Shown here one piece after another: positions 1 to 11,776 of a DNA stretch of 64,000 bases. The notes below the pieces were generated by a model. The model did not search any database and was not told the origin of the DNA. It worked only from the letters and a program-made list of their open reading frames with translations. The stretch is taken from positions 1 through 64,000 of the forward strand of contig CDPCPM010000180.1 of NCBI GenBank assembly GCA_976551045.1. Reading direction: 5' to 3'. Source of the DNA: Glaucostegus cemiculus. Lineage: Eukaryota. The position numbers and the translations under genes were made by a program. Position 1 is the stretch's first letter, and each line of letters starts with the position of its first letter.

Positions 1-486
1 ATCCACTCCCCCACCACACCCTCCCCCACCATACCCACCTCCACCCCCTCCCCCACCCCCATTCACTCCCCCCACCCACACCCTTCCCGTCCCCACACCC
101 ATCCACTCCCACACCACACCCTACCCCATCCCCTCACCATACCCACCTCCACCCCCATCCACTCCCCCACCACACCCACCCACTCCCCCACCACACCACC
201 CACTCACTCACTCACTCCCACCCACTCACTCACTCACTCCCACCCCCATCCACTCACACACCACACCCACCTCCACCCCATCTGCCTCCCACTACACCCA
301 CCCATTCACTCAGTCCCACCCCTCCACTCACCCCCCACCACACCCACCTCCACCCCCATCTGCCTCCACACCACCCCCACCCACTCACTCACCCCCACCC
401 CCATCCACTCACACCCCCCACCACACCCACCTCCACCCCCATCCGCCTCCCCACCACACCCACCCACTCACTCACCCCCACCCCCA
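1..486. repeat. C/A-rich low-complexity degenerate tandem repeat (ccaccacacccacctccacccccatcc-like units)
   Basis: Almost G-free + strand with recurring ccaccacacccacc and cactcact units; the minus strand carries many G-runs. Confidence 0.9.
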
Positions 487-489
487 ACT

Positions 490-1196
490 AATGCTGCTGG
501 ACTGTCTGTTCTTCCTGCACTTTCTATTTTTGACATAAGGAACCTTCTATTTCTCCCATTTAACTACTTGTATCTTTATGCCGTAACTACTTGCCTTCCC
601 CCTACCATAGACATTGCCAAGGAAACACTTGAACGTTAAACCCTGCGAACACTAAAAATATAATAATTGCCAAACCTCCTGGCATCCATTGAAAATCTAA
701 ATATTTATTGTGGAAAGTAGCTCAAATACAATAGCTTTCCACGTTATGGGACCTTATTACTTCCTTTGGTGAAAAAGTGCAATTTTAGGGTAAATAATAA
801 TAATTATTTGCTGAAGCTAACTTGCTTAAGTGATATTGTATTCATTTGTTGTTTTAATGAAACTGACAAAGCAAACATTTTAATTTCTGTAAAGTAGTCA
901 TGTTTGAATATCAAGTTTTGAATAGCACATTGTTATGTTTATATTCCCAACAAACATCTGTTGATGTATCTAAATTGTGAGAGCTGTGTCTAAATTGCCA
1001 AGAGTTTCGACAATTTTTATATTTTTTTAGCGTTTACAAGGTTTAACGTTCAAGTGTTCCCTTGGCAATGGCTATGGTAAGGCAGAAGCAAATAATTATA
1101 GTGTAAAGTTATGAGTGGTTAAATAGGAGAAATAGAAGGGTTCCTTATTTCAAAAATAGAAAATACAGGAAGAACTCAGACAGTCGAGCAACAATT
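490..1196. repeat. Diverged inverted repeat, ~195-bp arms (490-684 and ~996-1196) with ~310-bp spacer; MITE-like element or inverted duplication
   Basis: Left-arm cattgccaaggaaacacttgaacgttaaacc matches the reverse complement of right-arm ggtttaacgttcaagtgttcccttggcaatg; the arms align end to end with mostly transition differences. Confidence 0.85.
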
Positions 1197-1544
1197 TGAC
1201 CACTCCTCCATAGTCCTTGGGCTCATACCACTCCACTGGCAGGGCAGACCCACCAGAGGGGTTAGGAATGTATACAGATGGGAGGGTAATCCTGGGAGTC
1301 TTAAAATTTGGCTCCAGACCCAGTGATGTTTCCTAGCATTAGATCAAGCAGGAGTAAGGAAATCTTCTGATTGCCATCTCTCATGCTTCCTCAGCAGATA
1401 AATTACTGTTCATCCGTGTTGAACAACACTTGGGAGAACCACTGAAAGTATCAAGGGCACTAAATTTACTCTGTAGGGGGACTTCATTGTCTGTTGACGA
1501 GAATGGCTGAATGCAGCCATCAAGACAGCCAAGTGCTGAAGACA

Positions 1545-2170
1545 ATGAAACTCAAAAAATGCAGATGCAGGAAATCTGATAATAAGTTATTAGAAAAGTT
1601 AGTTTTCAGAAGCAGAGGAGGTGGGTAAGGGCTAGTGAGAACAAGGGGAATATCTCTGATAGGGTGAGACCAAATGACATAAATTGGCAGTTGGAGACAT
1701 AATGACATAAATTGGCATTATGCTGCCCTGACCATGTTATATGTCGTAAAGAGCAAGGCTTTGGGATGTGCCCTGCAGACCTGACTGTGCTAATAGAAAG
1801 AGAAATATGAGCCAAAATAATGACAGTTCTGATCCAAACAGATAGAAAGAATGAATTACCTAAAGGTAGAGAATTCGATATTGGATCTGGAAGCTTGTAA
1901 TGTGCTCACTCAGAAGGTGATATGTTGTTCCTGAAACTTATATTGGGCCTTTTTTGAAAATAGCAGGAGGCCACAAGCAGAGGTCAGAGTGGAAGTGGGA
2001 TTGGGAATTAAAGTGGCAGGCAACCGGAAGCTCAGGGTCACTTCTGTGGACTGGAGGCAAGTGCTCCTCAGTCCAATTGCCCGATCTATGTTTGGTTTCG
2101 CCAATGGAAAGGAGCTGATGCAGAGAAAGGGCATGGTGCCAGATTGTGTCTGTTGCAGGCAGTGACTGAA
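1545..2170 (-). mobile_element. Degraded Penelope-like element, GIY-YIG region and 3' end
   Basis: Minus-strand translation SIGETKHRSGNWTEEHL...ELPVACHFNSQSH parallels the YIGETKR..DRF.EHL motif of the better copy at 59550-60880. Confidence 0.75.
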
Positions 2171-2199
2171 CCAGCATGACTGTAGCATATTCATCTGTT

Positions 2200-3685
2200 T
2201 CTGCCAGCATTGGTAGCAGTCACTGTCACATAGTTCTTGTGGAACTAGACCCCTGGATTCACTCAAGGGCCATCTTCATTGTGTGGCATTGCTATCATGC
2301 TAACTGGCAGAGACTCAATAGGTCTGGCAGCTCAGAGCTGGGTAAGCATGAGGTACTGTAGACCATGAGAAAGCAGCATAAGTGTACAATATCATAATCT
2401 ATGAGCTTGTGGTATAACCTTCACTTAACTATTACTATCAAGCCAGGGGATGAACCCAGGCTGGGAGAAATATGGAAGGCATACCTAAAAATGAGAGGCC
2501 AAGCACGTGAAGCTGCAACTCACGACTACGTATCTGCCAAGCAGCATGGAGTAAGCATAGCTAAGTGATCTTGCAGTGAATGGATCAGATCACGTTGTTA
2601 CAGTCCTGCCACATCTAGTCATAAATTAAGGAAGGAAATTAACTAGTTAAATGGAGGGAAGGTTGCAAGAACATCCCAATCAATAATGGCAGGGCCTAGC
2701 ATGCAAATCTTAAGGTCTAAGATATTTATTAGTCACATGTACATCAAAACATACAGTGAAATACATCTTTTTGCGTTGCTAAGAATGTGCTGGGGGCAGC
2801 CCGCAACTGTTGCCACTCTTCCAGCACCAACATAACATGCCCACAGCTCCTAACTCGTACGTCTTTGGAATGTGGGAGGAAACTGGAGCACCCGGAGGAA
2901 ACCCACGCAGACGTGGGGAGAACGTACAAACTCCTTACAGACAGTGGCCGGAATTGAACCCAGGTCGCTGGTGCAGTAATAGCATTATGCTAATGGCTAT
3001 GCTACCGTGCTGCCCCCAAACTGAATTAGTTGCCACAATGTTTAGCCAGAAGTGCTGAGTGGATCACCCATCTTGCATTGCTCCTGAGACCCTTGCCCAC
3101 TCAGCAGAGCCAGATTTCAGCCAATCGGCTGACATATGACAAAGGATAACATCCCAGCTGTCATACTGAAAAACCGTGCTCCAGAATTAGCTGCGCCTTT
3201 CACCCAGCTGTTCTGGTAAAATACTGTACTGGCATATGTCCAACAATGTGGAAAGTTGCCAGGTGTATCCTGACCACAAAAAAAGCTGGAGAGATCCAGT
3301 TTATTAAAACCCAATTAGTCTACTTCAATCAATATCAAAGTGATGTAGAGGTGCTATCAAGTGGTGGTGCTTCACCAGTAATCTGCTCACCAATTCCTAT
3401 TTTGGATTACACTACAACCACTTAGCTTCAGAGTTTAATGTAGCTTTAGTCCAAAGATTCCAGACATGAGATTAAATTGACTACATTTCACTGAGTGTGG
3501 CATTGAGGAAACATGGTAAGATTTGAAGTGAAAGGGCATCAAGGGGAAAGCATTCCAATGGTTCGAGTCGTATGCCACACAAATGAAAATGGTTGTTATT
3601 GTTGGTCAATCAACCCAGCTCCAGGACTGCAGGAGTTCTGCAGGGTAGTGTTCTAGACCTGGCCATCTTTAGCTGCTTCATCATT
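2200..3685 (+). mobile_element. Old non-LTR retrotransposon RT fragment (CR1/Jockey-group), interrupted by a SINE
   Basis: Degraded DNIPAVILK..APELAAP..QLF, WKVA.V.P..KK and cagggtagtgttctagacct (PQGSVLGP-like) motifs. Confidence 0.6.
2712..3015 (-). mobile_element. tRNA-derived V-SINE-type SINE (family A)
   Basis: Reverse strand shows a tRNA-like head with B-box gggttcaattcc and the V-domain core ctccccacgtctgcgtgggtttcctccgggtgctcc; near-identical copies at 27350, 28203, 46208 and 57675. Confidence 0.9.
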
Positions 3686-4575
3686 AATGATGCAGTAAAA
3701 TTGTTCATCTGCCCACGAAGCCAAATCTAAATTTTGTGCTGCATTTAATATTGCTAGAGAATTTATTAATATCACATCAACCTAAAACAGAGCAAAAGTA
3801 TAATGCAGTTGTTACTTGTTTTGATTTGTGTTAAACATGTGATGGTTTTCACTTTGTATAACATTCTTGTTACTCCTTCCCCTGGCCAAAGATTATTGAG
3901 ATTTAGATGTAAGAATCAATGCTTTTCATAGGCATGGACTTTTCTTTGAAAATTTTTGTAAACAAAATATCTTGGTGTTTGATGAGTAAAGTGAGATGAT
4001 CAACATGTATTGGCTTTAATGGACATTTTATAGATTACAGTATAATCCAATTTGGAATTTTAACTTTACAGCAATTATTCAGAAAATAAATTTACTTTTA
4101 TTTTCCCCAGTGTACAACATAATTAGATTGCACAAATGAATTATTATGTTTTCTAAAATAATAGTTCTACATTATTTTTTTTTGTTTAGAGCTAAATTAA
4201 TAGAATTACGTGCATTACTGCACTTATTACTTGGTTCCCCACACGTCCGATGTCCACAGATGGGGATGATCTTACAGTTCCCATTTAGAGTGGAGAGTTT
4301 GTGGAATAAGATTATCTTTGTTGATGTAATGATAAATCTGTTACAGAGGGAAAGTCTGATTCAGCAGTTAGGTTTAAATCAACCTGTTTGATTTTTAATC
4401 CTGTATTCTGGTTTAGGCATCAATTATATCGAGAATTTGATGTAGATTTTCCTTGATAAAAGAACGAGCACACGCTTATGCCATTACAAACCATTTTTCT
4501 CCAGTGTATCATTACATTGCTGATGCTTCACCAGTAACTTGAGTAATTAGCTCATTAATTGGCCTAACCTACAAT

Positions 4576-5048
4576 AATCAGAATCAGGTTTATTATCACT
4601 GATGTACGTCGTGAAATTTGTTGTTTTGTGGCAGAAGTTCAGTGCAAGACTAAAGACATAAAAATTACTATAAGTTATAAAAATAAATAAATATCGCAAA
4701 AGAGGAATAACAAGATAGGGTTCATGGTCCATTCAGAAATCTGATGGCGGAGGGGAAGAAGCTGTTCCTGAAACGTTGAGTGTGGGTCTTCAGGCTCCTG
4801 TACCTCCTCCCCGATGGTAGTAACGAGAAGAGGGCATGTCCCAGATGGTGAGGGTCCTTAATGATGGATGCCGCCTTCTTGAGGCACTGCCTCTTGAAGA
4901 TGTCCTTGATGGCAGGGAGGGTTGTGCCCATGATGGAGCTGGCTTGAGTCTACAACCTTCTGCGGCTGACACATTACAGCCTCCATGCCAGGCGGTAATG
5001 CAACCAGTCGGAATGCTCTCCACAGTACATCTATAGAAATTTGCAAGA
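4576..5048 (-). mobile_element. Rex1/Babar-type LINE 3' fragment
   Basis: ORF 4722-4931 KKAASIIKDPHHLGHALFSLLPSGRRYRSLKTHTQRFRNSFFPSAIRFLN is the typical Rex1/Babar C-terminus; tail aataaacctgattctgatt. Confidence 0.85.
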
Positions 5049-5089
5049 AGTTCTATCCCAGCCTGTTGTGTTGACAAATTGCAGCATAG

Positions 5090-5875
5090 CCTAAAAGAAT
5101 GCCAATTTATCAGTTTGTAACACTCCACTGTACCTTTTATATATGTAGTCATCAATGACAACATTCACCATTGCCTCCAATGCAGTAGCACAGTATCTTG
5201 AGAGCAAAAAGAAAGCATTTGAAGACCAAGGCCTCAATGCTAACATCAGTTGTCTGGCTCATGAGCAGCAATGATTCCTGCCTCCCATCAGCCCCATCCC
5301 TAACGTGTACTTTAGAGATATGGACAGCACAGAGTAGGCACCTCAAAGTACTGACTTCACAAAATCCTCCAAGTCTTTCGGCAACATGGGAAAACCAGTA
5401 CCAGGGTCCTCTCTGACCAATGTGCTCAGCATCAAAGCTTTGATCAGATTGAATGAGCTCCAGAGGGTAGATCACATCATCTGCATCGCTGACACCAGAT
5501 TCCTGAGAAGAACTCAAGGTCCATCATGGCAAGACATTTGAGGAAGACAGAGGAAGTGCTTCAAGAGCATTCTCAAAGTTCCCCTTTGTAAAACAAAACC
5601 TAGCATCTGCATCAACTCTAGGACCCCTGGTTCCTGACTGCTTGGTATCTAGAAGGAGCATCCAGGAAGCCAGTGTGCACCTTGGGCCCTATGACAGGAC
5701 TACATGGCAGAAGCAGTGTGCAGCATATGAACAACCCATTTGTCCTCCTCACCAAGCACCACCTTTGGCACAGCCTGTGGATCCTGTAAAGGTATCTTCA
5801 GCCAGCTCAGAGCTCTCAGAACTGGGGTGGAAGCAAGTCATCCTCGACCCTGGTGGACTGCCTCAGAGGAAGGAT
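5090..5875 (+). mobile_element. Degraded RTE-clade LINE 3' fragment
   Basis: Degenerate GG-Q-R-K-R-F-K-D-L-K region (ggaagacagaggaagtgcttcaagagcattctcaaa) and C-terminal zinc-finger-like remnant; homologous to 38960-39530. Confidence 0.6.
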
Positions 5876-6009
5876 TATTATCTTTGGATAAATAGATTTT
5901 AAAAAAAATTAGGCAATCGACAATCAGGTCTGATGCCAAATATTTGGCACTTCTGAGATGGAAACCAAGCTAGAAGTTGAATTTTCCTCAGCTTTTGTGA
6001 GTAGCTGGA

Positions 6010-6330
6010 ACAATGACACAATGACTAGAGCTGCTGCCTTACGGTTCAGGTGATCCAGCTTCAATAATGACCTCCAGCTCTGTGTGTGAGGAGTCTACAT
6101 GGTTTCCCTGTGCTTGTGTGGATCTCCTTCAGGTGCTCCAGTTTTATTCCCCATCCCAAAGACGTGCAGATTGATAGATTATTAGGCCACTGTAAATTGT
6201 CCTCAGTTTGTAACTGACTGGTGGAAGATGGGGGGATGAAGGGCATGTGGGGAGAATAGGTTATGGGAAAATTAACGGAAGCCAGTCTCAACATGATGGA
6301 CCAAAATGACCATCTCCTACTCCTAAGAAA
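6010..6330 (+). mobile_element. Older V-SINE-type SINE
   Basis: V-domain-like tgcttgtgtggatctccttcaggtgctccagttttattccccatcccaaagacgtgc followed by ggccactgtaaattgtcc. Confidence 0.75.
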
Positions 6331-7869
6331 TTGTATTGAAATGAAATGTTTGAAAAATACTTATTTGTACGAATACTCTTTCTGTTATTTGCTTCCATGG
6401 TAAAGTCTGGAACATTGGGTTGGGTCAAGTCAACTCAACGTGAGGCTTAGACTAGTGGGCCACAAAACATAGCGGCAAGACAGGTGACCCAGTGACTTGC
6501 CAATCTTCCAAGAATGTCCAGTTTCCAGTTTGAACAACTGGATTTTGGACATCTGACTTGTACAGCAATGTTCTATCTTAGAAACCTGCTTGACTGAATC
6601 ACTGGAAACTTTCAACAGTGATTTTGCAACGTTAATTGAGGCTATCAATTTGGTTGTGAATTTTGGAGGTTTTTATAGTCTGAGGTCCAATTTAAGAAAG
6701 AATGGACTGGAAGAGATTAGCTGGTAAATTGAGCCCATCAGTCTTGTAATCATTTATATGGGCAAATAATTTAAGCAAAAACATAGGGTCAATTTATGAA
6801 AACGAAAATCAGTGATTCTCTTGATATCCGAACAAATTCCAGCACTCCAGAGTGACTGGGTGAAGGATTCTCCCAATAAAACACTCCCTCTTTTTTAGGT
6901 CATCATTTGGGAAATTCGTTCACATCTCTGTTAATCAATGCACTTGCTGGCAGCTTGTTACATGCTACGTGTGGACCAAATTTAATTTTTGTATTATTTT
7001 GAAAGAACTTAACGAAATCTACTGAAGTCTGTACTTCCCTACAATGAGGAGTCCCAGCTGCTTAAACCCATTATGTTAGATGCAGGCCTTTGAACTAGGC
7101 TGTACCATTTAGGTAATTTCATAGAGGGCCCTATTAATCATCAGAAAGGAGAATCTTTTCAAATCTGTTTCCCATATTCAACAGCCTAATCCAACTTAGA
7201 TGTCACTTTCATTATAGTTGAACAATGTTGTGCATGCACGGTTACAGGCAATAAATGACATTTCTTTCACAAATGCAACTCAACTCTCAGAATGGGAGGA
7301 AACGTGTGTCTGAAGGTTGTAAAAATTGACTGTCATGATTCAGGCTGTTCAGTGATCAGCTGCATGTGAGTTATAACATGAACATTAAAGTGGTTCAGTG
7401 ACAGATTTTCTTCAAGCCTATTTGCGAAAAGCGGCCTGCTGTGAAACTTTGAGCGTAATTATGCTAAAATAACATTGTCCAAATACATGCCAGTAGGTTG
7501 TGTTATTTTTATGGACAATATGAGGAATTCTTGTCATGTAACTTTAGTTTTGCCCTTTGTTTTCCGTTTTAGATGGACATATTTAGCAAAAGCTCCCCCT
7601 GATTAATCTGACACATGTAATTGAAGATATTTCTAATGCTATACATTTCCTGTTTTATTAAAAAGATATGAAATTAATTTTTCCAATGTAAGTTGTACTG
7701 ATTTTCAAATGCAGGGAAGATGACTTACTCATAAGTTGGCTGGATCCACATTGTCGTCAGCATTCTCATCGTCAGTACACAGACACGTGCATTCCTCCAT
7801 GCACCAATGCCTGAACAACTCCATGCATGCATGCACGCTCACAATCCCCCACACATGCATACGTGCACA

Positions 7870-8002
7870 TTCTGTCCCTCTCCCACTCTCCCACATTCAC
7901 TCTCCCCTCCCTCTCTCACGCAATTTTTCTCTTCTCTCTCTCTCTCACACTCACTCTATCTCTTGCTCTCCCTCTCTCACACACTTACACACTCATTCTC
8001 TG

Positions 8003-8036
<34 letters not shown>
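7870..8036. repeat. Compound (CT)n/(CA)n microsatellite region
   Basis: Runs of tctctc and cacaca, ending in (ca)n at about 8018-8036. Confidence 0.9.
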
Positions 8037-8037
<1 letters not shown>

Positions 8038-8234
8038 AAAAAAAGGGCATTTAACATAAATAGGTGGGTCTTACCACAGAAGATGTGCCAGGTCAGGCTC
8101 ACAGTAGCAAGTTGACACTGGAGGGGTCCACAAAAGTTCAGTTTGCTATTTCTTGTAGGTCACTGTCCAGCTTAGTAGATTCATCAGAGGCTGGACATGA
8201 ATTTTAATGTAAATATTCCTTCATCTTTTTGCAG

Positions 8235-8340
8235 AGACTGAAACATTCATAAACGAGATACTAAAGGGAGAAAACCTGACAAAGAAGGCGAAAGAAAAAA
8301 GAGAAACACTTTTGAGAAAGTTTAAGGTTATTAAAACAAG
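8235..8340 (+). CDS. SKAP2: SKAP2-like coding exon (exon 2 equivalent, N-terminal dimerisation region), 106 bp
   Basis: Acceptor tcttttttgcag-like pyrimidine tract with ag, donor gtaaag. Translates (E)TETFINEILKGENLTKKAKEKRETLLRKFKVIKT(S), compared with recalled human SKAP2 DVETFVADILKGENLSKKAKEKRESLIKKIKDVKS. Confidence 0.92.
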
Positions 8341-8429
8341 GTAAAGGTTTTTGTGATTGTGGATTTTGAAAATCTTAAGTTGGTTAAGACATCAAAATAA
8401 ACAAAATATTGTCCTTGTCAATAGAATTG

Positions 8430-9295
8430 GCCAAGGGGTTGGTGTTTAGAAATAGGAAAGCTTTGTTACAATTGCGTAGGGTGTTGGTGAGGCCACATCT
8501 AGAGCATTGCACATAGTTCTGGTCCCCAAAAAGATAGAGCAGCTTTGGAAGCAGTCCTTTCTTAATTTTTTCTTAAAATTTGTTTTAATTTTATTTACAG
8601 CGCGGTGACAGGCCCTTTCAGCCCAACGAGTCCGCGCCGCCCATCCTTTTTAAACCCCCCCAAATTAACCTGCCCGTCCGTCTTTTGGAATGTGGGAGGA
8701 AACCAGAGCACCCGGAGGAAACCCGCGCAGACACGGGAGAACGTGCAAACTCCTTACAGTCAGCGACGGGAATCGAACCCCGACCGCTGGCGCTGTAACA
8801 GCATCATGCTAACCGCTGCGCTATCTTGCCGCCCCGCCCTTAAAGAGACTCACCAGACTAATTCCTGGGATGAGAGGATTGTCCTGTCAAGAGAGGCTAA
8901 ACAGGTTGGGTCTGTACACTTTTGGGACTTGAGAAAAATGAGGGATGATCTCATTGAAATATATAAGATCATAAGGAGGCATGACAGGGTGGACGTTTTC
9001 ACATGTGGGAGAATCTCGAACAAGAGGACATAGCTTTAAGATGAGGGGCAGAGGCACATAGAAATTCCTTCTTGTACAGAGTGGTGAACCCCTGGAATTC
9101 TCTGCCCCAGAGAGTTGTGGAGACTAGCTTATTGGAAATATTTAAAGTGGAGGTGGCTACATTCTTGAAAGATCAGGGGATTGACGGCAGTGGGGATCTG
9201 GCAAAGAGAAAAGTACCGAGGCCTGGGTTAGATCATCTATGATTATATTGAACGGTGGGGCAGGTGTGAGGGTCCTATTTTATTGTGTTCTTGTG
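8430..9295 (+). mobile_element. CR1 LINE 3' fragment split by a SINE insertion
   Basis: LVRPHLEHC...FWSP and MRDDLIEIYKIIR motifs, followed by a CR1-type 3' UTR. Confidence 0.8.
8558..8834 (-). mobile_element. Young, CpG-rich V-SINE-type SINE (family B, CR1-like tail) nested in CR1
   Basis: Same tRNA head and V-core as family A, but a different 3' part (ttgggctgaaagggcctgtcaccgcgctgtaaataaa plus A-rich tail on the minus strand); many intact CpGs. Confidence 0.85.
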
Positions 9296-9935
9296 AATTT
9301 AAAATATGTCATAATTAACCCAAGGGTAGAAGAATAAGTTTTCACGTTGAATTACAGGGAGAATTTGATAGGAGCTAACCTTGTTGGCCTCTACATGTTT
9401 TAGTGTCACAGATTATGTTAGTTATTCTGTATTCATAAAGCAATACGATCCATTTGCCCTTGTCATAATTTTAATTATAAGGTATCCTTTTATGATGTAT
9501 GGAAACTCACATGCACAATTATGGGAAAAATACATTTGAAATCGAAGTAGATTTAAAAGTTTGTTTAGCCTAGGTAAATTTGTAACTGATGTAAATATAA
9601 ACTTGGATTATTTTGAGAGTTGTACTGATTGGGAGAAGTGATATGCAAAATTTGTCACAAATCCACTGGTGGAGAAGAAAATCTCAATGTCAAGATTCAG
9701 GAGAAAATAATGAAAGCAAAAATCTGTAAATGCCGTAAATATGAAATAAAACCGTTTCAGTAAAAAACTCAAGGAGCAGCTGTGGGGAGAGAAACAAAGT
9801 AAGTGCTTCAGGTCAATGATCTTTTGACAAAACCTGGAATGTTTAGAAAATACTTGTGCATGAGATAATAATTATGAGCATTACAGAAATGTGTTTGTTT
9901 CTAGATTAAATTATCTCAAAAAATCTCTTTTTCAG

Positions 9936-9961
9936 CTATCCCCAGGAGTTCCAAGAGAGAG
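9936..9961 (+). CDS. SKAP2: SKAP2-like 26-bp micro-exon (exon 3 equivalent)
   Basis: ctctttttcag|CTATCCCCAGGAGTTCCAAGAGAGAG|gtaatt; splices in frame with both neighbouring exons to give SYPQEFQERG (human IYLQEFQDKG). Confidence 0.9.
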
Positions 9962-10589
9962 GTAATTATTTCTATTTAATATTTCTTTAAAGATCTTTTT
10001 AAATTATGATGTTTCATTTAACTGTTATCAAGGTGGATTTAATTTATTTTGAAAATCTGTCTGCGCTATCCTATCTCGCTCTGTGAAAAGGTTCTATGCC
10101 TTGTCCCATATGTTATCCAGTTCTTAATTGTTCAAGTGCTGAAGTGCTTATATTTTTTTATAAAGTACAATCATTCAAAGTACTGTATGAAAGAATGGCA
10201 TGGGAATAGGAGGAGGCTGCTTTCGACCTCTATGTGCAGATTATATTCAGTCTGCCATGCAATATTTCAACTGTACTCCCAGCCCCATTGCTGCCAAGTT
10301 AATCTTCCTAAGTTGTAGATAAGTACAAGAAAGCTACACCAATACACCTTTAAAAGAAGAAAAAAGAGGCTTGGTGATTTATGTACATAAGTATTTCAAA
10401 ATGACTCCAGGTTGATAAAATGTTTAAATAACAATAAGTGCTAGGTCTAATTCATTGCGTAATTGCAAGAAATAGTTAATTATAAACATAACTATAAATG
10501 CAGCATAATTTATAATTTTTGGTCCAATTTTGGACACCCTGCTTTAGTGTGAATAGTAAAGTTATGCAGAGATTTGCTGGAATAGAACA

Positions 10590-10685
10590 ACACGCATGAA
10601 ATGCTGGAGGAACTCAGCAGGTCAGGCAGCATCTATAGAGGGAAATAAACAGTCTCTGTTTCGGGTTGAGACCCTTCATTAGGCT
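10590..10685 (-). mobile_element. Penelope-like terminal fragment with decayed hammerhead core
   Basis: Reverse strand ctaatga agggtctcaaccc gaaac ... gactg ... gatgctgcctgacctgctgagttcctccagca. Confidence 0.7.
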
Positions 10686-11077
10686 TGCTGGAATAGAATC
10701 TTATTTTGAAGAAAATTAGGAGTTTTCATTCAATTAGAGAATATTAATAGATCAAGTATTTATTACAAGCTAAAAGACTGAAAGGAGAATTCGGATCTTT
10801 GTTTAAATAGAGTTGTTGGGACATCAAAAGGTTCAAAGAGAAGTGGATCAATATATTTGGCAGCAGGAAATTTAAACAGGTACAAGGAAAGATCAATGGC
10901 GATGGGGAAGAATTTAAACAATATCTCCTCAGAGTGTTGGTGGAGTGTGATGGGCTAATGGCACTTTCCTTCGGAATTTTTTAAATTCACTAATAGGCTG
11001 GGACATCACCAACTATTTTGTTTCGATTCTGAACAATATCCAGATTTTCTGAGATGGTTGGGTTGGTTGGGGGTAAT

Positions 11078-11095
11078 TGCTCCCTCTGCTGGTCA
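11078..11095 (-). promoter_or_regulatory. Candidate CTCF binding site
   Basis: Reverse strand TGACCAGCAGAGGGAGCA closely matches the CTCF core CCA(C/G)(C/T)AG(A/G)(G/T)GGC; lies in non-repetitive sequence. Confidence 0.5.
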
Positions 11096-11703
11096 AACAT
11101 TAACTAATGCAAATTTTGAGCAATTAATTGAGGAGGTAATTTAGTCAATGACAGTTGTAATCAATTGTAAGTTATTTTTGGTATTATGTTACTCTTTTAA
11201 AAGTTTTGATATTAGGTGAATCAGAAATATGCCAACCATGTGAATATTGAAAATGTGTATGCCTTTTAATGTACTGAAGGAACGCAATTTCTTTGTTATA
11301 ATTGCAATCTGTCTCTGCAAGGTAAATAGATGGTGCTTTGTATTTTCAAATATTTGTGCAATTTACAGGTAATTAATAAATTGTTTGCCTTCCATTTGAC
11401 AGTTTTCTTCATTTAAGGCATAAACATGAAGCAAGGTGCTTCTGGCAGAAATTTTAGTTGTGATAATTATCATTGGTGGTTAGTCCTCTATGGTATCGTT
11501 TATAATTTTTTTTAAAATGTACTTGGTGTCTAACTTACAGAAAGGTTATTTTAAAACAGAAAATTCTGTGAGTAACATTTTCCCTTTATAGCTTTTAAAC
11601 GTTTAAGTTAAAATTAGGGAATAGTGATTCGTATCCAGATTGTACAATGGATTTTGTTGATCTTCCAGTTAAATTGACTTTTCTCCCAAGATACCACTTG
11701 AAG

Positions 11704-11776
11704 AGGTCATGACCTGCAGCCTGTGGCCACTGGTATGAGGGTCACAGTTTGAGGTCAGCAAAAGCTTGTGTGAACC
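11704..11776. promoter_or_regulatory. Cluster of nuclear-receptor half-sites including a perfect IR0 AGGTCATGACCT
   Basis: AGGTCATGACCT 11704-11715, GGGTCA 11739-11744, AGGTCA 11752-11757, TGAACC 11771-11776. Confidence 0.45.
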
